Shown: in pieces, positions 58,191 to 64,000 of the stretch
How positions within the stretch are numbered: the stretch's first letter is position 1
How the letters are laid out: the number at the start of each line of letters is the position of its first letter
Assembly (NCBI GenBank): GCA_036267215.1
Contig: DATAWL010000057.1
Location: 12,102-76,101 of the forward strand
Direction of reading: 5' to 3'
Length of the DNA: 64,000 nt
Source of the DNA: Solirubrobacteraceae bacterium
GTDB taxonomy: Bacteria > Actinomycetota > Thermoleophilia > Solirubrobacterales > Solirubrobacteraceae
Translations under genes and position numbers: made by a program
The notes under the pieces: generated by a model
The model's database searches: none
What the model was told of the DNA's origin: nothing
Seen by the model: only the letters and a program-made list of their open reading frames with translations

Positions 58191-59123
58191 GTGAAGGTGC
58201 GCGTGCTCATGGAGCCGCGCCACGGCGCCACCTACGACCGGATCCTCGCCATGGCCCAGGCGACCGAGGAGGCCGGGTTCGACGCATTCTTTCGCTCCGA
58301 CCACTACCTGGGGATCGACGCCACCGATACGGACTACCTGCCGACGGACTCGTGGACGACCCTCGGCGGGCTGGCCCGCGAGACCAGCCGGGTCAAGCTG
58401 GGCACGCTGATGACCGCCGGGACCTATCGCAACCCGGCGGTGCTCGCCATGGCCGTCGCCAGCGTGGACCAGATGAGCAACGGCCGCGTCTGCCTGGGCA
58501 TCGGCACCGGCTGGTATGAGCGCGAGCACCAGGCGTTCGGCATCCCGTTTCCCTCGCTGGGCGAGCGCTTCGACCGCCTGGAGGAGGAGATGCAGATCAT
58601 CACCGGGCTGTGGACCACGCCGCCGGGCGAGCGCTTCAGCTTTCAGGGGCGCTTCTGGCAGCTCGACGAGTGCGCCAACTTCCCGCGGCTGGTGCAGCGG
58701 CCGCGGCCGGAGATCGTCATCGGCGGGACCGGCCCGCGGCGCACGCCGCTGGCGGCCGCCCGCTACGCGGACGAGTTCAACAGCGGCGCAGGTCAGGGCA
58801 CCGCGGAGCGGATCGCCAACGTGCGCCGGGTGTGCGAGGAGATCGGCCGCGACCCGGACACGCTGCGGATGTCCGTGACCTACCAGGTGATCTGCGGCGT
58901 CACCGAGGCCGAGGCCGGCAGGCGTCTGGCGCGCCTGGGAGCGCCGGGCGAGCGGATGCTGGCCAACGGCGTGGTCGGCACGCCGGCCGAGATCGCCGAC
59001 GCGCTGGCCGGGTTTGCCGCCGACGGTTGCGAGATCGCCTATCTGCACGTCTTCGACATCGACGACCTCGAGCACATCCGCCTGATCGGCGCCGAGGTCG
59101 TTCCGCAGGTGGCCCGCGCGTGA
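58191..59123 (+). CDS. LLM-class, probably F420-dependent oxidoreductase (Rv1855c-like)
   Basis: GFDAFFRSDHYL, TDSWTTLGGLARETS, VDQMSNGR, GIGTGWYEREH, AARYADEFN. Confidence 0.88.
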   Translation: MKVRVLMEPRHGATYDRILAMAQATEEAGFDAFFRSDHYLGIDATDTDYLPTDSWTTLGGLARETSRVKLGTLMTAGTYRNPAVLAMAVASVDQMSNGRVCLGIGTGWYEREHQAFGIPFPSLGERFDRLEEEMQIITGLWTTPPGERFSFQGRFWQLDECANFPRLVQRPRPEIVIGGTGPRRTPLAAARYADEFNSGAGQGTAERIANVRRVCEEIGRDPDTLRMSVTYQVICGVTEAEAGRRLARLGAPGERMLANGVVGTPAEIADALAGFAADGCEIAYLHVFDIDDLEHIRLIGAEVVPQVARA

Positions 59124-59193
59124 GACCGCCCTCACCCGCCGCGGCGCCCGTTTTGAGCTCGACATCATCGACATCGACGAGGAGGCAGCGGCC

Positions 59194-60312
59194 ATGGCGA
59201 CCATGACGACCCGGGCGGCGGTGCTGCACCAGCCCGGACAGGACTGGGAGATCACCGAGCTGGACCTCGATCCGCCCAAGGACTACGAGGTGCTGATCCG
59301 CTACAAGGCGGCCGGCCTGTGCCACTCGGACGAGCACATCCGCGAGGAGGGCGGCAGCCACATCCGCCTGCCCCTGGTGGGCGGTCACGAGGGTGCCGGC
59401 ATCGTCGAGGCGGTCGGCGCGGGCGTCACCCGGGTCACGCCCGGCGACCACGTCGTGACCTCCTACATTCCCGCCTGCGGCAAGTGCCGCTACTGCTCCA
59501 CCGGCCATCAGAACCTGTGCGACCGCGGCCTCTACGCCGGCGTCGGCTGCCTGCAGGACGAGACCTTCCGCTTCCACCGCAACGGCGAGGACTACGGCGG
59601 CTTCTGCGCGCTGGGCACGTTCTCGGACCACACCGTCGTCTCCGAGTACTCGTGCGTGCGCATCGATGACGACATCCCGTTCGAGGTCGCCTGCCTGGTC
59701 GGCTGCGGCGTGACCACCGGCTGGTGCTCGGCGGTCCGCGCGGGCGAGACCCGGCCGGGCGAGACCGTCGTCATCTTCGGGATCGGCGGCGTGGGCATCA
59801 ACGCCGTCCAGGGGGCCGCCTACGCCGGCGCCAAGAACGTCATCGCCATCGACCCCAACCCGTTCAAGCTCGACATGGCCAAGCGCCTGGGCGCCACGTT
59901 CGCCACCACCGGCGTCGACGAGGCACGCGAGGAGCTCATCCAGCTCACCCGCGGCCAGCTCGCCGACCTGGCCGTCGTCACCGTCGGCGTGCTCGAGCCT
60001 GAGATCACGATGGACGCGGTCAGCCTGATCGGCAAGGCCGGACGGGTCGTGCTGACCTCCGTCAGCCGGGCCGACACCAGGACGATCAGCCTCACCGGCT
60101 CACCGATGGTCGGCTGGCACAAGCGCATCCAGGGCTCGCTGGCCGGCGGCTCCAACCCGATCTTCGAGATGCCCAACCTGCTGTCGCTGTATAAGTCCGG
60201 CCATCTCAAGCTCGACGAGATCATCACGCAGCGCTACAGCCTCGAGCAGGTCAACGAGGGCTATCACGACCTGCTGGCCGGCAAGAACATCCGCGGCGTC
60301 ATCGTCCACTAG
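59194..60312 (+). CDS. NDMA-dependent (nicotinoprotein-type) Zn alcohol dehydrogenase, paralog 2
   Basis: GLCHSDEH, CGKCRYCSTGHQNLC, CGVTTGW, GKNIRG. Confidence 0.88.
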   Translation: MATMTTRAAVLHQPGQDWEITELDLDPPKDYEVLIRYKAAGLCHSDEHIREEGGSHIRLPLVGGHEGAGIVEAVGAGVTRVTPGDHVVTSYIPACGKCRYCSTGHQNLCDRGLYAGVGCLQDETFRFHRNGEDYGGFCALGTFSDHTVVSEYSCVRIDDDIPFEVACLVGCGVTTGWCSAVRAGETRPGETVVIFGIGGVGINAVQGAAYAGAKNVIAIDPNPFKLDMAKRLGATFATTGVDEAREELIQLTRGQLADLAVVTVGVLEPEITMDAVSLIGKAGRVVLTSVSRADTRTISLTGSPMVGWHKRIQGSLAGGSNPIFEMPNLLSLYKSGHLKLDEIITQRYSLEQVNEGYHDLLAGKNIRGVIVH

Positions 60313-60333
60313 GGATACTGGAGCTGACCGGCG

Positions 60334-61167
60334 ATGCCCGGGCTGATGGCCGGCAAGGCCGGCCTGGTGACCGGCGCCGCCAGCGGGATCGGCCGGGCGT
60401 GCGCCCTGCGCTTCGCCGCCGAGGGCGCCACGGTCGTCGTCTCCGACCTGCCCGAGGCCGTGCAGGGCGGCGAGGAGGCCGTCGAGCAGATCCTCGCCGC
60501 CGGCGGCGAGGCCGAGTTCTTTCCCTGCGACGTCTCCAGCGCCGCGGGCAACGCCGGCCTCGTCGCCCACGTCGTGCGCCGTCACGGCCGGCTCGACTTC
60601 GCCCACAACAACGCGGGGATCGGGGTCCACCACCTGCTCCACGAGACCTCGGACGAGGACTTCGACCGCGTCATCGCCGTCAACCTCCGCGGCACCTTCC
60701 TGGGCATGAAGCACCAGATCACCCAGATGCTCACCCAGCCCATGCCCCACCGCGGCGCGATCGTCAACACCTCCTCCAACGCCGGCCTGATGGCCGTCGC
60801 CCGCCTGGGCGCCTACACCGCCAGCAAGCACGGCATCGTCGGCCTGACCAAGAACGGCGCGGTCGAGTACGCCAACCAGGGCATCCGGGTCAACGCCGTC
60901 TGTCCCGGCGCCATCATGACCCCGCTGATGTCCGATCAGCCCCCGGAGCGCCAGGCCGAGATCCTCGCCCCCCAGGCGATGACCCGTCCCGGCGACCCGG
61001 CCGAGGTGGCCGCCGCCGTCGTCTGGCTCTGCTCCGAGGAGGCCTCGTTCATCACCGGCGTCGCCCTCCCGGTCGACGCCGGGTCGGTGGCGTGGATCTC
61101 GGCGCACGATCAGTCAATAACGGCGAAACGCGCCGCAGAAGGAGGGACAAGCCGATGGCGAGCCTGA
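60334..61167 (+). CDS. Classical SDR oxidoreductase
   Basis: TGAASGIG, HNNAG, YTASK, NAVCPG. Confidence 0.92.
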   Translation: MPGLMAGKAGLVTGAASGIGRACALRFAAEGATVVVSDLPEAVQGGEEAVEQILAAGGEAEFFPCDVSSAAGNAGLVAHVVRRHGRLDFAHNNAGIGVHHLLHETSDEDFDRVIAVNLRGTFLGMKHQITQMLTQPMPHRGAIVNTSSNAGLMAVARLGAYTASKHGIVGLTKNGAVEYANQGIRVNAVCPGAIMTPLMSDQPPERQAEILAPQAMTRPGDPAEVAAAVVWLCSEEASFITGVALPVDAGSVAWISAHDQSITAKRAAEGGTSRWRA

Positions 61168-61289
61168 GGGTGGACCTCATGGGTGGAAAACCCGAAGCGC
61201 CTCACGCCCGATCTCCTGGGCGCAGACGAACACATGTTCGCAGCCGGCCCGGACCGATCAGCGCCATTTGGCTATGCTGTCGACCCAGG

Positions 61290-61360
61290 TGCGGGGTCGT
61301 CTAATGGCAAGACGCCAGCCTCTGGAGCTGGTTATCAAGGTTCGAGTCCTTGCCCCGCAG
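61290..61360 (+). tRNA. tRNA-Gln (CTG anticodon), CCA not encoded
   Basis: Acceptor TGCGGGG/CCCCGCA; D arm GTCT/AGAC; anticodon arm CCAGC-CT CTG GA-GCTGG; T arm CAAGG-TTCGAGT-CCTTG. TATGCT -10-like box at 61273-61278. Confidence 0.96.
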
Positions 61361-61369
61361 TCGGAACCG

Positions 61370-62608
61370 CTAGAGGGTCTCCAGGTCGGTTGAGAGGTCG
61401 CCCAGCGCCTCGGCGCGGTCGCCGATCTCGGTGTGGTCGGCGATGAACCGGCGGGCGTGCTGGAGGTCCTCGGAGCGCCCGACGGTGAGCGCGCCGGCGA
61501 CGCGGCCCTCGTGCAGGTAGAAGACGGTGAACCTGGCGTCGTCGAAGGAGCCACGGACGATCTCGTGGTCCCAGGCGTAGGCGGGGCCGACGTATTCGAT
61601 GGCGGCCCAGTCGGACAGGTCGCTGAAGAAGTACGGGACGACGTCGTGGGGCGTGCGCCTGCCGACCATGTTGAGCGCGACGGTCTTGCCCTGGTTGAAG
61701 GCGACGTCCCAGTGCTCGACGCGGATGCGCCGGCCGCCGTGGACGACGCTTTCGTATTCCGCCATGTCGCCGGCGGCGTAGACGCCCGGGGTGCCCGACT
61801 CGAGGTGGGCGTCGACGCGCACGCCGCCGGTGTCGCCCAGCTGCAGGCCGGCGGAGCGGGCCAGCATGACGTCGGGGTTGACGCCGGCGCCGAGCACGAC
61901 CGCGTCGGCCGGGAGCTCGCGGCCGGACTTGGTCGCCACCGTGGTGATCCGCCCGTCTGCGCCCTCGAAGTGATCGAGCTCGTCCTCACCGTGGAGGGTG
62001 ATGCCGTGGCCGGCGAGCAGCTCGTGGAAGAAGCGGGCGGCCTGGGGACCGAAGGTGCGGCTGAGCACCGCCTCCTCCATCATCACCATCGTGCAGGTGC
62101 AGCCCAGCTCGGTCAGCGTCGCCGCAACCTCGCTGGCGATGTAGGAGCCGCCGATGAGCACGACGCGCTTGCCGGCCGCGTCCTCGCGGATGGCGTCGCT
62201 GTTGCCGAACGTGCGCAGGTAGTGGATCCCCTCCAGCTCGGCGCCCGGGACGTTGAGCCGGCGGACGTTGGCGCCGGTGGCCAGGAGCGCCTGCCCGAAG
62301 CCGACCGTCTCCTTGTTGGACAGCGTGGCGGCGCGCGCCTGGAGGTCGAGCTTCATCGCCGAGGTGCGGGTCAACAGCTCGATCTGCTGCTCCTCGTACC
62401 ACTCCGGTGCCTGGAACTGGGCGTCGGAGCGCGCCTGCCGGCCCTGGAGGTAGCCCTTGGACAGGGGCGGGCGATCGTACGGCGGATCGGGCTCGCGCCC
62501 GACGAGCAGGATCGACCCGTCCGCTCCGGACTTGCGCAGCCAGCGGGCGCATTGGCCGGAGGCCAGGCCCCCGCCGATCAGCAGGTAGTCGACATCGCGA
62601 TCGGCCAT
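61370..62608 (-). CDS. FAD/NAD(P)-dependent oxidoreductase (ferredoxin reductase-like)
   Basis: IGGGLAS, YDRPPLSKGYL, ATGA, AAGD, RVEHW, VPYFFSD. Confidence 0.9.
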   Translation of the reverse strand: MADRDVDYLLIGGGLASGQCARWLRKSGADGSILLVGREPDPPYDRPPLSKGYLQGRQARSDAQFQAPEWYEEQQIELLTRTSAMKLDLQARAATLSNKETVGFGQALLATGANVRRLNVPGAELEGIHYLRTFGNSDAIREDAAGKRVVLIGGSYIASEVAATLTELGCTCTMVMMEEAVLSRTFGPQAARFFHELLAGHGITLHGEDELDHFEGADGRITTVATKSGRELPADAVVLGAGVNPDVMLARSAGLQLGDTGGVRVDAHLESGTPGVYAAGDMAEYESVVHGGRRIRVEHWDVAFNQGKTVALNMVGRRTPHDVVPYFFSDLSDWAAIEYVGPAYAWDHEIVRGSFDDARFTVFYLHEGRVAGALTVGRSEDLQHARRFIADHTEIGDRAEALGDLSTDLETL

Positions 62609-62622
62609 GCGCGGCGCGCGGG

Positions 62623-63306
62623 CTACTTCCGGGCCGAGATCTGGGACTCGTCCTGGGCGAAGCGCGGCGTGATCTCGCCCTCGAGGCCGGGATCCAGGAT
62701 GAGCAGCACCTGATCGCCGGCGTTGATCACCGAGTCGGCCTTCGGCACGAAACCGGTGCCGTCGCGGAGCACCGAGATGATCAGCGACCCCTCGGGCAGC
62801 GTGACGTCCTGCACCCGGGAGCCGGCCGCCTGGGAGCCCTCCCCCACCTCGAGCTCGATGATCTCGAGGTGCTCCTCCTCCAGGGCGAGCAGCTGGACGA
62901 GGCCGTACTCCGGCACCTCGTGCTCGATCAGGCGGAGGATCAGGTCGGTCGCCGAGACCGCCGGCTGGACGCCGAGGGTCTTGAAATGGTCGAGGTTGCG
63001 CGGGTTGTTGACCCGGGCGACGATCCGTTCGACGCCGTACTTCTCCTTGGCGACCTGGCAGATGAGGATGTTGTCCTCGTCGTCCCCGGTGACCGCGATC
63101 ACGAGATCGGCCCGCTGGATGCCGGCGCGCTCGAGCACCCACATCTCGGTGGCGTCCCCGTACTGGACGGCATGCTCGAGCTCCTCCTCCACGATCCGGT
63201 AGCGACGGTGATCGGATTCGATCAGCGTCACCTCCTGGTCGCGTGCGATCAGCTCGCGTGAGAGGTTCCAACCGACCTTGCCGGCGCCGACGATGATGAC
63301 GTACAC
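62623..63306 (-). CDS. trkA: Trk system potassium uptake regulatory protein (RCK N + C)
   Basis: GAGKVG, GDATE, VTGDDEDN, TrkA-C domain. Confidence 0.9.
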   Translation of the reverse strand: MYVIIVGAGKVGWNLSRELIARDQEVTLIESDHRRYRIVEEELEHAVQYGDATEMWVLERAGIQRADLVIAVTGDDEDNILICQVAKEKYGVERIVARVNNPRNLDHFKTLGVQPAVSATDLILRLIEHEVPEYGLVQLLALEEEHLEIIELEVGEGSQAAGSRVQDVTLPEGSLIISVLRDGTGFVPKADSVINAGDQVLLILDPGLEGEITPRFAQDESQISARK

Positions 63307-63322
63307 GTGCTCAGTGCCCCTT

Positions 63323-63745
63323 TCAGTCCGCCAGGACGACCTGTTCGGCCATGTCGATCGCCTTCTGCGTCGGGCAGATCGTGATCAGCCCCTGCTCGGC
63401 GTACCACGCGGCGCGCGCTGGGTCGGCGACGCGGACGACGATCTTCGGAACATCGAAGCGACGCTGCGCGATCTGCGAGATGACCAGGTTGGTGTTGTCA
63501 CCGCTCGTCGCCGCCATGAACACGTCCGCGTTCTCGATGCCCGCCGCGATCAGCCCGTCGATCTCCAGCGCGGTGCTCACCGTGAAGCGGCCGCCGGCAT
63601 CTTCCCAGGTGGTCGACTGATCCTTGTCGAGACGCTCATGGGAAAGCGGATCGGAGTCGAGCACCGACACGGTGTGGCCGGCCTCGAGCGCCCGGCGGGC
63701 GACGGCTGAGCCGACGCGTCCGGCTCCGACGATGAGGATGAACAT
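63323..63745 (-). CDS. Short TrkA-like protein (RCK N-terminal domain only)
   Basis: GAGRVG, ATSGDNTN, RVADP, TICPT; 140 aa. Confidence 0.85.
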   Translation of the reverse strand: MFILIVGAGRVGSAVARRALEAGHTVSVLDSDPLSHERLDKDQSTTWEDAGGRFTVSTALEIDGLIAAGIENADVFMAATSGDNTNLVISQIAQRRFDVPKIVVRVADPARAAWYAEQGLITICPTQKAIDMAEQVVLAD

Positions 63746-63804
63746 TCGCGGCAGCTTAGAGGCTGCTCGGTCGCGTGGTGTCGCAGATTCGTATCTGTGC
63801 TGAC

Positions 63805-64000
63805 TCAGCTCGGCGCCGGGCCTCTGAGGAGCTTCTTGACGATCTTGCCGACGTACCGGCGAGCGAGCGCGGTGCCCAGCGCGCGACGGCGAGCCACGTG
63901 CGTGTGCGGCCAGTGCACGATCGTCGCCGCGATCAGGTTGACCCCCTCGGTCGTCATCACCTGGTGCTGAGCCGGGAACCAGTACGCGTCCACCCCCAGG
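63805..64000 (-). CDS. 3' end of an unidentified gene truncated by the window edge
   Basis: Frame open to the window end; no recognisable motif. Confidence 0.4.
   Translation of the reverse strand, partial: LGVDAYWFPAQHQVMTTEGVNLIAATIVHWPHTHVARRRALGTALARRYVGKIVKKLLRGPAPS

Noticed and set aside
61290-61360. tRNA-Gln as the integration site of a catabolic island
   Set aside because: The tRNA 3' end points away from the catabolic block; no integrase and no duplicated tRNA 3' fragment was seen in the window.
1997-61989. Many long antisense or alternate-frame ORFs (e.g. 10151-12604 -, 8701-10461 -, 48640-50373 -, 27761-29245 +) and long N-terminal extensions (28842, 5232, 40655, 63271)
   Set aside because: Arg/Pro/Gly-rich shadows expected at high GC. 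Each overlaps a motif-supported gene and has no recognisable domain.

Overview
High-GC bacterial DNA, very probably an actinobacterium. The Ser-rich lipoprotein linkers, mycofactocin genes, F420-type LLM enzyme and CCA-less tRNA point that way; a Thermoleophilia/Solirubrobacterales-like lineage is a guess. Almost the whole window is accessory catabolism, in six blocks. (1) 191-9360: two tandem MoaF-family genes, a family-5 ABC importer, an AraC regulator and a cupin. (2) 9475-27537: a TIM-barrel enzyme, two consecutive ThDP E1 alpha/beta pairs with no E2/E3, a VanR-like GntR, a Liv-type ABC importer, and VOC, MetE-like, Zn-ADH, two GMC and LDH-like genes. (3) 27848-36209: an MFS pump, a benzoylformate decarboxylase-like enzyme, SDR, amidase, acetoacetate-CoA ligase and FeaR-like AraC. 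(4) 36229-42715: a complete mycofactocin cluster mftR/mftABCDEF plus an MFT-type SDR; mftA is missing from the ORF track. (5) 42945-61167: an ABC importer plus many dehydrogenases, containing an uncharacterised three-gene thiol module (a CGSC protein resembling GrdB/PrdB, a WTDGLP partner, and a small NifU-like CxxC protein). (6) tRNA-Gln(CTG), a ferredoxin reductase-like gene and two trkA genes. The best candidate for an undescribed system is the thiol module inside the mycofactocin-linked operon; the next best are the E2-less double E1 and the MoaF pair. No integrase, transposase or CRISPR array was seen. All family calls come from motif recognition by eye, not database searches.
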